This document shows, in pieces, positions 1-16,346 of a stretch of 64,000 nucleotides of DNA; position 1 is the stretch's first letter; each line of letters starts with the position of its first letter. The notes below the pieces were generated by a model. The model was not told the DNA's origin, ran no database searches, and saw only the letters and a program-made list of their open reading frames with translations. The stretch is taken from the NCBI RefSeq assembly GCF_006345805.1, contig NC_043005.1, forward strand, positions 65,410,001 through 65,474,000, given 5' to 3'. The stretch comes from Octopus sinensis. Lineage: Eukaryota. The position numbers and the translations under genes are program-made.

Positions 1-276
1 GCGTGTATGTGTGTGTGTGTCTGCTAGGTGTTTATAAGAGTGTGCGTATCTGTATGAGTATTGTTTACTGGTGTGTGTGCACGGGCATGTGTGTGTGTGT
101 GCGTGGGGGGGGGTTATAGGTGTGGAAGTATGTGTGCGTACATGTGCATGTGGGTTGTATGTGTGTGGTGTGTTGGACGTAGGTGTGTTCGTGGACACGT
201 GAGTATGTGTGTAACTGTATAAGGACAAAATATAAAAAAAGTTGCTAATTTACATATATACATACACATATATATA

Positions 277-325
<49 letters not shown>

Positions 326-359
326 CATGTATGTATACATATATATATATGTGTGTGTA

Positions 360-413
<54 letters not shown>

Positions 414-421
414 ATAGTATC

Positions 422-453
<32 letters not shown>

Positions 454-714
454 CATACACACATACACACACACACAAGCATACATACATACATACATAC
501 ATACATACATACATACATACAATACATACATACATACATACGGCAAAGAATGCCGGATAATTAGTCTTATCGAAATTGGTTTTACTGCAAGTGCTCAACG
601 AGTGCTTATATCAATACTAAATCAATATTGGTCTACGCATTTACTTCTTTCTCCTTTTCTCTCGTTCTCCTTATATGTATGTATGCGTGTTTATGTGTTG
701 AAAATATCTGCATG

Positions 715-747
<33 letters not shown>

Positions 748-753
748 ATATGT

Positions 754-818
<65 letters not shown>

Positions 819-941
819 ATATATTTACATATACATTTATACACACGCGCACACCACATATATATATGTAATTACATATATAGGTGGAGATGTGGCTGTG
901 TGGTAAGAATCTTGCTTTCTAACCATATAGTCGTATGTATG

Positions 942-980
<39 letters not shown>

Positions 981-1110
981 ATGGTATATTCAGTTAAGAA
1001 CTGAGTACAATATGAAGCTCGTCCTCCTTCAGATTTCGCCTTGTGCTATCCAGTAGAAGTATTATACGTATTTCCAGGTTTGTATTTGGGCTTCTGTCGT
1101 GTGTAAACAA

Positions 1111-1340
1111 ATAACTGAAAAAAGTTTGGAGTCAACAAGAAGGTGTACGGTCGGACGTTTATTTTTCAATCACAAGAATTGATTCCACGCAGTATAATTC
1201 CCCAGGAGATCAAGTACTTGATTATGCATAATAAAGTACCTGTACGCTTGAAGAACCTCGTTTCGGGGGGACAATTGTAGTGATTAAAAAATAAATGTCC
1301 AAACGTACTCCTTCTTATTGGCTCCAAATTTTTCAATTAT
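1111..1340. mobile_element. Fold-back Penelope-like pLTR fragment with degenerate hammerhead
   Basis: About 70-bp imperfect inverted arms at 1111-1181 and 1272-1340. Motif TTGAAGA...GGACAATTGTA-GTG at 1245-1283. Confidence 0.5.
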
Positions 1341-1408
1341 ACATACCTACATACATATATACGGTAATAAGCTTATAACGTGCTTTCCAAAGCACTTCTA
1401 TGGATACC

Positions 1409-1641
1409 TATTTCTTTATTACCCACAAGGTGCTAAACATAGAGGGGACAAACAAGGACAGACATAGGTATTATGTCGATTACATCGACCCCAGTGCGTA
1501 ACTGGTACTTAATTTATCGACCCCGAAAGGATGAAAGGCAAAGTCGACCTCCGCGGAATTTGAACGCACAACGTAACGGCAGACGAAGTACCGCAAAGCA
1601 TTTCGCCCGGTGTGCTAACGCTTCTGCTAGCTCGCCGCCTT
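1409..1641 (-). mobile_element. tRNA-derived SINE family A (Nin-domain-like), full length
   Basis: GGCGGCGAGCT head and GCCTTTCATCCTTTCGGGGTCGATAAATTAAGTACC core. 20-bp TSD aaagcacttctatggatacc at 1389-1408 and 1642-1661. Confidence 0.9.
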
Positions 1642-1719
1642 AAAGCACTTCTATGGATACCGGTTATCATATGTTATCATGCAGGAAGCATTTTCCTTTT
1701 ACTGGATATACAAGTAAGA

Positions 1720-1995
1720 CTATGTGGTGAGAGGCGTGCTTCCTAACCGCACGGCCTGGGGTCCACTCCCACTGGGTGGTACCTTCGGCACGTGTCTTCC
1801 ACTATAGCATCGAGCCTGCCGAAGCCTTGTGAGTGGACTTGGTGGACGGTAACTGATAGGCAGAAACTGAAAGAAGCCTGTCGTATCCATATATATGTGT
1901 GTGTGTTTGTCTTTCTGTCTGTATTTGTACAACGATCATGACCACCATCACTTGCCAACCGGTGTCATTGTGTTTCCGTCGCCCTAACATAGCGT
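1720..1995 (+). mobile_element. tRNA-derived SINE family B (CORE-like), diverged
   Basis: Similar by eye to the copy at 16809 (gtgtcttc.actatagc, gccttgtgagtgga, aaactgaaagaagcctgtcgtat). Confidence 0.75.
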
Positions 1996-2061
1996 ACTGC
2001 AGTCGATACATGTGCGTGTATCTATCTATCAATATATCTATATATATATATATATATATAT

Positions 2062-2602
2062 AACATTATTGGTGAATTGAAGAAATGGAGCTGAACGCAT
2101 ATTGAACAGAAATCGTTTTATTTCATTCTACACGTGTTTCGAAAGGCACAAATTACCAAATCCGATTGAATATGGGACCATATTGTGTCTTTCTGCTCAG
2201 GAAGAAAAAAGAAATCCGTTGGAAAAACAAAAACAGAACAGAGGCAGAGCAAAAAACAAATCGAACTGTGCTCCTAAGAGCCCATGGCGAAACTGTTTAA
2301 TCAGTGTATGTTGAGAACCGGTGGCTGAAGAATTCAACAGCCACCGGTTCTCACATACACTGATAAACAGTTTCGCCATGGGCTCTTAGGAGCACAGTTC
2401 GATTTGTTTTTTGCTCTGCCTCTGTTCTGTTTTTTTGTTTTTCCAACGGATTTCCTTTTTCTTCCAAGAAAGACACAATATGGTCCCATTATTCAATCGG
2501 ATTTTGGTAATATTGTGCCTTTCGAAACACGTGTAGAATGAAATAAAACGATTTCTGTTCAATCTGCGTTCAGCTCCATTTCTTCAATTCACCAATAATG
2601 TT
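2062..2602. repeat. About 540-bp near-perfect palindrome between (TA)n tracts, Penelope-pLTR-like
   Basis: Arms of about 265 bp centred on gaattc at 2330-2335. They differ mainly by 1-bp indels. Confidence 0.9.
2121..2207 (-). ncRNA. Hammerhead-like motif with altered core
   Basis: ttc-CTGAGCA-gaaagacacaa...ttgtgcctttc-GAAA-CACGTG-TA-gaa. The core deviates from CUGANGA. Confidence 0.5.
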
Positions 2603-2880
2603 TTAATTTCAATTATCCGCGCACCAACGCACGGTTGCAAACGCCAGATGGTTGTACCTCCAACCGTGCTGTTCACTGCTGTGATTTTTGCTACTAAGGT
2701 ATCGTTAAACTTTTGATTAATCTACTACAAGATTATTCATCTTTCTATTTCACATAATATATATATATATATATATATGTGTGTGTATGTATATATATAT
2801 AATATATATATATAATTCATAATAGAACATAAAGAGGCAATTATACATTAAATTAATAATAATGTACATATGTATATAAT

Positions 2881-3027
2881 TATATTAAAGGAGCAAGGGC
2901 GAAAACCACCTATCTCCGGCATACTTGAAGTGCTGATACCTCCAAAAATCTACCAAATAGTTTTTGAAGGTATCGGCAACTCAAACATGGTGGAGATAGG
3001 TCGTTTTTGCCTTGCTCCCTTAATATA
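2881..3027. repeat. Imperfect hairpin (~70-bp arms) between TA tracts
   Basis: ggagcaagg...acctatctcc...gatacct matches aggtatc...ggagataggt...ccttgctcc in reverse complement. Confidence 0.8.
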
Positions 3028-3055
3028 TATATATACATACCTGTATGTATGTATA

Positions 3056-3100
<45 letters not shown>

Positions 3101-3528
3101 ATCACAATCAGGAACGGCCATAATAGGCCATTCACCCACTAGAAATAACAGCCAAAAGCTTCAACCGCAAATAACGTCAATTCCGTAACCCAGGAGAAAA
3201 TTAAAAAACATTTACCCTGTAATTTCTTATACGATGCACCGTTTCATCTACTGTTTAATGGTAAACTAACCTGATTAAATTAAATCAAGCCAATCTAACC
3301 ATAGGTAGATTGGCTTGATTTAATCTACCATAGGTAGATTGGCTTGATTTAATTTAATCAGTTAGTTTACCATTAAACAGTATGAAACGGTGCATCGTAT
3401 AGAAATTACAGGGTAAATGTTTTTTAATTTTCTCCTGGTTTACGGAATTGACGTTATTTTGCGGTTGAAGCTTTGGCTGTTATTTCTAGTGGGTGAATGG
3501 CCTATTATGGCCGTTCCTTGATTGTGAT
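3101..3528. repeat. About 430-bp near-perfect palindrome, Penelope-pLTR-like
   Basis: Arms of about 200 bp with a short duplication at the centre (~3291-3352). Carries a hammerhead 3' half, GAAACGGTGCATCGTA. Related to the repeat at 20460-20745. Confidence 0.9.
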
Positions 3529-3639
3529 GTTGAACTTAAAAATGGTCTATGACTATTTAATTTTTTCCCACTAGGCCGCTGGTGGCAAAAAATTCTACAA
3601 AATTTTTTGCCACCCTATATTGATTAATTATATATATAT

Positions 3640-3704
<65 letters not shown>

Positions 3705-4573
3705 TAATACTTACTTAGAAATGATGCGTGCGTTCTGTCGTATAAAAACAATTATAAATAAAAACATGCTATATACACACATATATGTACGTACCTACAT
3801 CTACATGTATATATACATGCATATATGGGTACAGGACACCAAAAAAAACATCGAACACAATAAGAAACGAAAACAAACACAAAACCAAGGAAATGAACAT
3901 TTTTCTTAAACAACGAAAAAATAGAGTACAGGACATAGAACACAAGGAAAATTCCCCTTCTTCAGTCGCCTCTGTTTCATCTACTCCGCGTTCGCAGGTA
4001 AAGGCGAGACACGACTTCAGTGAAATATTCCTTCCCGCAAAAAGCAAATTAAATAAAATTTGAGATTTTTTGCGGAGGGGTAAAAATGGTAACAAAAACA
4101 GGACAGTAAAGACAGTACAAAATATAAACAGTAAAAGACAGAACAAGGAGGATAACAGTAACACAGACAAGGAGGGCTGTTAAGCCTAACGAGAGAAAAT
4201 ACTACGAACGCTTTTTTTTTTGAGAACGGCGAAGGAGGCACAGAAAAGCCGTCTACACTCGAAGGAAGCGAGGTCGGAAAGACAATAGTTTTCTCGTCGC
4301 TGACCAGCGGCGGGACAGAGGAGGAGGAGTAAGAGAAAGGGAGAAAAAAAAAGGAATGGTTGTAGTGGAAACCAGAAAGAATGAAGAGTGAGAGAGAGGG
4401 AGGGAGAGACAGTAAGGTAGAAGAAAAGGAAACCAGAAACAATGAAGGCTGAGAAAGGGAGGGGGACAGAAAGGTTAAGAGTGCGCATCATTATTAATAT
4501 TAAGAACAAACTTACTTAGAAATGGATACGTGCGTCATATACACATACACACACACATACATATATGTATCAG

Positions 4574-5622
4574 TTGAATATAGTTAAAACATGGTCTGTT
4601 TTTCACGTTTGTTTATAATGGTATTTTAACATTAATAAAATATTTCGTAATGTTCATAAAGTTCAATTAGACCTTTCATACTCTCGTAGTAATAATCAGA
4701 TTTCAAAATGTATTTAACTGACAGTTGAGTTCTTGACAACTGTAATACCTCTTACAACGCTCCAACAAGCTGAATTTTGGGAATACAGTTTTGACCAATC
4801 CGCATGCACCTTAACATCCGGGTGTACCGATATTCTGTAATTTGTTTTTATTCATAATGCTAAAGATATTTTTTAATCCACATCATTAACTGGTTGTTAT
4901 ATTATTGTTCAGAACAGGTTTGAACATTTTAATAAACCGTTTTTGTTTTTTATCGTTCTTCCAACCCCACTTGCGTCATGTAGTTTACGGAAAAGAAAAA
5001 CTGGAAACATTTTCTAACCACATGTTTCTATATGCTCGCTCAATGGAATTTGGCGAAGATTGGTGTTCCAGATGTGTTGTCTGTGGACTCCTGAGCATTC
5101 CGATAATGCATTGCCTGTCTCGCCTGTATATAGTTCCTCGGAATTCGGGTATTTAATGCACTAGATCAAATTTCTGCTTTTGCAGTTCATATCTGCATTT
5201 GTGAAAATTTGTCCATTTTTTCGTCCTAATGGATCTACCCGTATGCATGTAATGTCACGTTCCACATCTGTTATCATTACACTTGGAGACTGTGAATGTT
5301 TTATCCTGTTTGTTCATGTTGAATTTTCCCGTTGTTAATAGTTTATTTAGGTTATGTGGTTGCCTTTTGCTTAGGATAAGCGTTTCATTAGTTAATGTTT
5401 TATCAGTTTTCACTTTGTTTTGATGATCTTAAAAATGTTTTGGTAATGCAGATTATCTGTTAATAGAAATGGTATTGTGTTCCGTTAAATACATTTTGAA
5501 ATCTGATGATCATTACGAACGTGTGAAAGCGGTAATTGAATTTTCTGAACAAAATATTTTTTAATGTTAAAATACCATAATAGAAAACGTGAAAACCAAA
5601 CCATGTTTTAACTTTATTCAAG
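4574..5622 (-). mobile_element. 5'-truncated Penelope-like element with inverted pLTRs and decayed GIY-YIG endonuclease
   Basis: Minus-strand translation SKRQPHNLNKLLT...C..RCGT...MNCKSRNLI*CIKYPNSEELYTGETG...VHRQHI...SEHIETC. Inverted repeats at 4574-4720 and 5483-5622. Confidence 0.85.
5500..5537 (+). ncRNA. Minimal type-I hammerhead-like motif in inverted pLTR
   Basis: aat-CTGATGA-tcattacgaacgtgt-GAAA-gcgg-TA-att. Stem III is degenerate. Confidence 0.6.
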
Positions 5623-5930
5623 TCTTAAATTCTTCTATACACATTCACAAAATTCGGGAAGATATATATATATATATAAGTATGTGTGTGTGTGTATTAT
5701 GTTTGTATGCATGTATATCAAGGTTATGAGAGGTATTGGTGAAAAAAGACCCAAAGGTGTCAGGTAATGCTGAGTAAGTGCCATGGACAGACTATAGTTA
5801 AGCTCCAAGTTAGATAATGATACGAATGAGGAGTCCAACGTAGGTCGTGTATATATATATAAAAATTAACAGAATGAGATAAAAAAAATTCTAGGCAGTG
5901 AATAGTTTTCAGAACATTTATAAAGAAAAG

Positions 5931-5977
5931 GTCTTACAGCTGTTTCCGGGATATTTTATATATGCTTCATCAGAGAC
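5931..5977 (-). ncRNA. Minimal type-I hammerhead ribozyme
   Basis: gtct-CTGATGA-stemII-GAAA-CAGCTG-TA-agac. Stem I pairs, stem III is palindromic and the site is GUA. Stem II is weak. Confidence 0.75.
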
Positions 5978-6026
5978 GGTGCGAGAAAATGTTTAAGTAA
6001 TAGCTATTACAGAGAAGATATGAAAT

Positions 6027-6125
6027 NNNNNNNNNNNNNNNNNNNNNNNNNNNNNNNNNNNNNNNNNNNNNNNNNNNNNNNNNNNNNNNNNNNNNNNNNN
6101 NNNNNNNNNNNNNNNNNNNNNNNNN
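6027..6125. other. Assembly gap
   Basis: Run of N. Confidence 1.
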
Positions 6126-6149
6126 NTAGGGCCTGGATTTTGTGGTGAG

Positions 6150-6318
6150 AGGACGGTCGATCACATCAACGCCAGTACTCCCCTGGTACTTAATTTATCG
6201 ACCCCGAAAGGATGAAAAGCGAAGTTGACCTCAGCGGAATTTGAACTCAGAACGTAGCGAGGGGCGAAATACCGCTAAAAATTTCGCCCGGCGTGCTAAC
6301 GATTCTGCCAGTTTGCCA
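6150..6318 (-). mobile_element. SINE family A, partial
   Basis: Same core and head as 1409-1641. Confidence 0.8.
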
Positions 6319-6721
6319 TATTAATCGTATCATTTAAAGACATCTTTAATAATGTACATTCAAATGTTTAAATGTTATGCATTTTGTTTGGTGTTTGGTG
6401 TAAATAATAAACATTTAAATGTCAAAATGTTGTGCATTTTGTTTTGTGTTCAATATGGCATTTGAGGGATTGTTTCTAGCAGGTTAGGGGCATGCTTTAC
6501 AAAGAAAGACAAAATTTGCATACAAACAAATTTCTGCGCACACCGGCAATAATAGATAGATAAATAAATTAATTAATTAATTAATTAATTAATTAATCAA
6601 TTAATTAATTAATAAGGGAAGCCTATTCGGGGTTACAAAAGAGCTGGAAATCATAAATTCTTCTCTATTAGGTTTTGTCAAACCATCCTTTTATTTATCA
6701 ATTTATTTATTTCTGTTTTGT

Positions 6722-7083
6722 ACTAGTTTCAGTCTTTGGACTGCGGCCATACTGGGGTACCGTCTTGAATTGTTGTATTGAACAAATCGCAGCCAGTACA
6801 TATTTTTTTAAAGTCTGTATCAGTTCTTAGGCCGGACCGCTATATTACGGACCTTAAACAAACTAACACCGGCTATCAAGTTGGTGGGTGGGTGGGGAGT
6901 GGTAAAAACAAATACACATACACACACGTGCGCGGGCGCATGGATATATTCCAGCTTCCGTCCACCAAATACACTCACAAGGCTTTGGTCGGTCCGAAGC
7001 TCTAGTAGAAGACGGCTAAGGTACTCTGTGGTGGAACTGAACACAAGACCACATGTCCGGAGAGCAAGCTTCTTAACCACACA
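6722..7083 (-). mobile_element. SINE family B, diverged
   Basis: actcacaaggctttggtcgg and agcaagcttcttaaccacaca motifs. Confidence 0.75.
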
Positions 7084-7181
7084 TCCATCAATAAAAACAT
7101 TTCAAATGTCCTTCATGCGATCTTCAAAGAAGGATATGTATACACCTGTTTATATATACACATCTATTTTATATATAATAT

Positions 7182-7258
<77 letters not shown>

Positions 7259-7461
7259 TTATATACAAATATAGATACATAAATATATGAGCACGCACTC
7301 GAATAATATACACTCACAAATTTCACAAATTCCAAATGTTTTTGAACTCATATCGGTACATTTTCTTTTTCTTATATACAATTAGAAAGACATTTCTCGT
7401 TATCTAGCGAAAATCTTAAATGTTAACAATACATATATATATCAGGAAGTGTTTTACCTAC

Positions 7462-7759
7462 CTTGTTCATCGTCAGAGGTGATGTTAATCATGTGAAGCA
7501 TATATTCACAGGCTTCGTCGTAAGAGTCCCAGTTGCCTTTAAGAAACTTCACAAAAGCGAGTGAACTATTAAACGATGGATCCAGGTTGTTTAGATGTTG
7601 TAAAGAGTTGTTCACGTAACACAGAAAGTAGTTGCCACATTGTTTACTAGGGCCTGCGCCACTGGTGTGACCACCGCTATCCGTATTACTGTTGCCACTT
7701 CCCACAAGAAGAAATAGAAAAATACTGACAACACTGAACTGGGCCCGAACAACTTTCAT
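7462..7759 (-). CDS. Probable first coding exon of a secreted or membrane protein with signal peptide (unknown family)
   Basis: Non-repetitive ORF MKVVRAQFSVVSIFLFLLVGSGNS... with a basic n-region and hydrophobic h-region, 3 Cys and sequons NNS/NSS/NIT. Start context is gaaaATG. It ends at a donor CAAG|GTAGGT (7462/7461). Confidence 0.6.
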
Positions 7760-7836
7760 TTTCAGCCGATGAGATCTTTAAATTGTGGATGCACTAGTAT
7801 TTATAGGAGTTGATTTTAGCCCTTTTTCATATACGC

Positions 7837-8083
7837 CAGTAGTACTCACCCAGGGTCCATATGGCCCTTGGGGGTCCATATAAGATTTAGTGGTTAAAAA
7901 TTTATCTGCAATAAATCGGTTTATACTTCTACAATAAACAAAATACTTTGACAAATTTTTTTTTATACAATTCTTAATTTTTATATAATAGGATATCTTA
8001 AGCATCAAATGTTTATGAGGGTCCATCCGAGTAAAATGGAGATTAGAGGGGGTCCATAGGTAAAGAGTGGTTGAGAATCACTG
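7837..8083. mobile_element. hAT-type MITE
   Basis: Imperfect TIRs cagtagtactcaccc and ggttgagaatcactg. Subterminal ggggtccat repeats. Degenerate 8-bp flanks atatacgc and atatgcat. Confidence 0.55.
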
Positions 8084-8094
8084 ATATGCATGCA

Positions 8095-12180
<4,086 letters not shown>

Positions 12181-12204
12181 GGACGGTGGTTTTATTAAAA
12201 TCAT

Positions 12205-12475
12205 GAGGCATTAAGATCCACCCAGCTTTCCAGCCAAATGAAGGCTCCTGGACAATGAAACCCCACAACGGTGACCACTGAGGTATGACAGATCTTTTAT
12301 CTTGAACATCCTGCTCCTTCTGCTGAGATCATTGGCACTATGCAGTGTCGTCCCGTTCTAGCATTGGTGTAGCTTTCAATGCCAAAATTTGGCACAATTC
12401 CTTCCAGGATCTTCCAGACATATATTACTGCATACCTCTCCCGTCTTCTCTCCACGGAGTAGAGTCTTAGAGTAT
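12205..12475 (-). mobile_element. CR1/L2-type LINE ORF2 C-terminal fragment
   Basis: LRLYSVERRRERYAVIYVWKILEG resembles the L.L.SLE.RR...LI..YKI..G tail motif. Confidence 0.75.
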
Positions 12476-12477
12476 AC

Positions 12478-12679
12478 AAAAGATGGTTTAAAGCTCACTT
12501 CAGCCACTAACATTGTTATTCCAAAGATTACATCACAATATAAAAAACATAAAAAGTACATCATATCCTTTTGAAAAAGTATATTTGTATAATTGTATAA
12601 CTGTATATATATTTTTATATTGTGATTTAATCTTTGTACTAACAATGTTTGCGGCTGAAGAGAGCTTTAAACCATCTTT
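12478..12679. repeat. Fold-back element with ~69-bp inverted arms
   Basis: aaaagatggtttaaagctc... at 12478-12546 matches ...gagctttaaaccatcttt at 12612-12679. Confidence 0.8.
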
Positions 12680-13484
12680 TACATCAATAATACACTGATG
12701 TAATAACGGATTGTTTATATATATAAACAGAAGGAGAAAGATTTCTGAAACTTATTCGTTGTACTCATGAATATCCTGTAGTTGAGGCTGCACCATGTAT
12801 AATCGTCAAAAATCAAGCCAATACCAGTATATCGACTTTCATATAACATTAGAAGATCGCCCTCGCACTCACTTCGTTCGCTGGTCTACTCCAAGCACCG
12901 ACAACACACCAGTTACCAAGCTATATCTAATCGAATAAGAACATCTCTGGGGGAAAAAAAAAGCCTTCATTACGAAAATTTGATGCGCCTACTTTCCTTC
13001 TGGAAGTAGCTAAGCCTCGACCACTTCCCATCAGTTTTGCCTTAAAAAACTCAACCTTTTCAGTTAATCCTTGTTCTAAAGGGTAGCTAACACTAATCGG
13101 GTCCGTTCGGAAACGTGCTATTAATAAGTTTGATCGCAGTTCAAAGTACCTGATAGCTGCAATACAGATTTAAATTACTGTTTTATTGTTGCCGTTTAGT
13201 CCCAAGTTAGCGTTAATCCGGCGGGCATTTCATTACTGAAGTTGAATATGTGATCACTCAGTAATATTTCAGAGATTCAGTGTACATTCTGGACACCCTT
13301 TTAAGACAGCAGGCTGTGATTGGAGGAAGATTTGGCTGTTATTTCCATAAGGCCAAGCGACAGGTACAGATTCTTTACTTGGCTCGTTTGCTTGCGCTGG
13401 CGAATATATGCGAGTGATAGTTTTTATAAAGGATCACAGTCAGATTTTGCCTCAATTTTATCACATACTCGTAGTATAAACATT

Positions 13485-14264
13485 CTTTTCTACTCAAAAC
13501 ACAAGGCCCGAAACTATGGGGGAGCAGGCTAGAACATTAGATCGACCCCAGTACGCAACTAGTACTTAATTTATCGATCCCGAAAAGATGAAAGGCAAAG
13601 TCGACCTCGGCGGAATTTGAACCCAGAACGTAAAGACAGACGGAATACCTATTTCTTTACTGCCCACAAGGGGCTAAACACAGAAGGGACAAACTAGGAC
13701 AGACAAACGGATTAAGTCGACTATATCGATTCCAGTGCGTAACTGGTACTTAATTCATCGACCCCGAAAGCATGAAAGGCAAAGTCGACCTCGGCGGAAT
13801 TTGAACCCAGAACGTAAAGACAGACGAAATACCTATTTCTTTACTACCCACAAGGGGCTAAACACAGAAGGGACAAACAAGGACAGACAAACGGATTAAG
13901 TAGATTATATCGACTCCAGTGTGTAACTGGTACTTAATTTATCGACCCCGAAAGCATGAAAGACAAAGTCGACTTCGGCGGAATTTGAACCCAGAACGTA
14001 GCGGCAGACAAAATACCTATTTCTTTACTACCCACAAGGGGTTAAACATAGAGTGGACAAACAAGGACAGAAAAACAGATTAAGTCGATTACATTGACCA
14101 CCCCCCCCCCCCAGTGCGTAACTGGTACTTAATTTATCGACCCCGAAAGGATGAAAGGCAAAGTCGACCTCAGCGGAATTTGAACTCAGAACGTAACAGC
14201 AGACGAAATACGGCTACGCATTTCGCCCGGCGTGCTAACGTTTCTACCAGCTCGCCGCCTATTA
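13485..14264 (-). mobile_element. SINE family A tetramer
   Basis: One head and four ~184-bp bodies. A single TSD gtagtataaacatt at 13471-13484 and 14265-14278. Confidence 0.9.
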
Positions 14265-14900
14265 GTAGTATAAACATTGCTTCATAAATAGTCATAGCCT
14301 GACTTGTATAGATATGTCTTAAAATAAATAAATACACCAAACTATTAACCAAATGTCATAACTTTATGTTCAGTGAAGTTATTGGTCTAAAGTTTACCGG
14401 ATACTGTCAACTATTTTCATACTCTTTGAAAGCATCAGTTCTACTTCAGTGAGTGTGGTCATTTTTTAACAGCATTCGTGGTCTGTTAAAAACCCGAAAG
14501 GATGCTTGTGGTAGTTCCCCGGGTCTATAAGTGCAGATTCAGTACTCTCAGCGATCAACTCGTTTAAAATATTACCATTGCCCTTTTCCAGTATGTGTTT
14601 CTTTGTATTTCCGTGTAACTTTTTATTCCTGTTATCTAATGAAATGCCACTCATCCCATTTATGGGGTCTCACTATCAGTGGCCCCAATACGATATGTGA
14701 AGCAACATCCTTTCTCTCCCTCTTTTCCCCTCTCTTCTATCTGATCTCTCGTAGCACCTTACCCTTCTATTTTAATTTTATTTCTGTCTAATCTTCTCTC
14801 ATAACCATCTCATTATCCTTCTCCTCTCTTGTTCTGCCCACCCCTTCTCTATTCTCTATCTTTCTCTCCACAATCCCTTTTATATCTTTCTCCATTTCTT

Positions 14901-15130
14901 ATTTCTTTACTGCCCACAAGGGGCTACACACAGAGGGGACAAACAAGGACAGACAAACGGATTAAGTCGATAAAATCGACCCAGTGCGTAACTGGTACTT
15001 ATTTAATCGACCCCGAAAGGTTGAAAGGCAAAGTCAACCTCAGCGGAATTTGAACTCAGAACGTAACGGCAGACGAAATACTGCAAAGCATTTCGCCCGG
15101 CGTGCTAACGTTTCTGCCAGCTCGCCGCCT
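14901..15130 (-). mobile_element. SINE family A, full length
   Basis: TSD tatctttctccatttctt at 14883-14900 and 15131-15148. Confidence 0.9.
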
Positions 15131-16346
15131 TATCTTTCTCCATTTCTTCCTATATATCTACCCTCTCCATCACCCATTATTTACCTTTCAGTTCTTCTTC
15201 TGTCCACCTTTGTCAACTATTTACTGTCCATCCTTTTTCCTTTCGCACCCTCTTTCTTCATATCTGTTCTCCCTAGACCGTTTCTTTTTCTCCTACCCTC
15301 TGCCTCTCTTTCAGCTTTTCATAACTAGTTTTCTCTTTCTTTCTCTTCCCCGCCCTTTTCGGTGCCACGTGACCATCCCGTTTTTTTTTTCTTTTCTGCC
15401 ATCCTCTTTCTGCACGACCACTGACTTGATCGGTCGTGGTTTCCTCAGCTCCCCCTTGCGCCTTTACTTCAAAACCTGGTTTGTCTTAACTTTCCATTTG
15501 CCTTTCCATCTTATATTTCTATCGATCTACTTTCCTTCCGAAGTCCTAGAGGGCAATTTCCTTCTTTATTAGCGTTACTTCTACATGTCTTGTCTTAATG
15601 TTGTCTTATAGCCGAAAATCCTTCTTAGACATGGTCCGAGCCAATCTTTGGTTGACACAAGGTGTGCTTGTTATCAATTCATGGGTCGGCTACGTTTTAG
15701 GCGTAAGGGAATAAATTCTCAATGCGCCTGGAGTTAAAAATACCTGAAAGTAAGTTATAGACAAACGAGACACCCCACACCAGATCCCTTTTCAGAGCGA
15801 TAGACATCGATCTTTTGTCAATGTTGCGACTTTTCTTATTTAAATTTTTTTCCGTAGCATGAAACGTTGGGTCATGCCAGCAGATTTTTCTAAACCATTT
15901 AACATTTAGTCATAGACGGCGATATAGCTTGCAGCTGGCCTTGTTTGATACACGGCCTAGAAAAGTCAGCCGGTACCACCAGGGCCTTGGGTCATAGCGT
16001 GATACGAAAATGGCGGGATATTTATCAAAGAGTTTAATGAAGACTCTGCATCTGTGTGTGTGTGTGTGTGGTGTGTGTGTGTGTGTATACGCAGAACTGC
16101 AAGTGCAGGTACGGAAGTGAATATATGTGGATACTGACGCAAATAATGTTTTACTTTATTATAAGTTTTATTTTTTTTTTCATTCGTTTTATTCTACTCG
16201 ATTACTCCCTGTCTTTGTCTATAAAGTCGCAACGGAATCCGTCCCTCGCTATTCCTGCCCAGCGGCTTAAACGTATTGTTATAAACAACGTGCTGAATTA
16301 AAACCGAACAGAACAGAGTTTATTTACCGAGATACCCCTTATAACA

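Noticed and set aside
242-906. YI/HT/CM-rich ORFs here and throughout the window
   Set aside because: They are translations of (TA)n, (CATA)n and (GT)n microsatellites.
13485-14264. CRISPR-like periodicity (also 52524-53043)
   Set aside because: The units are whole SINE segments with no unique spacers and no cas genes, and the DNA is eukaryotic.
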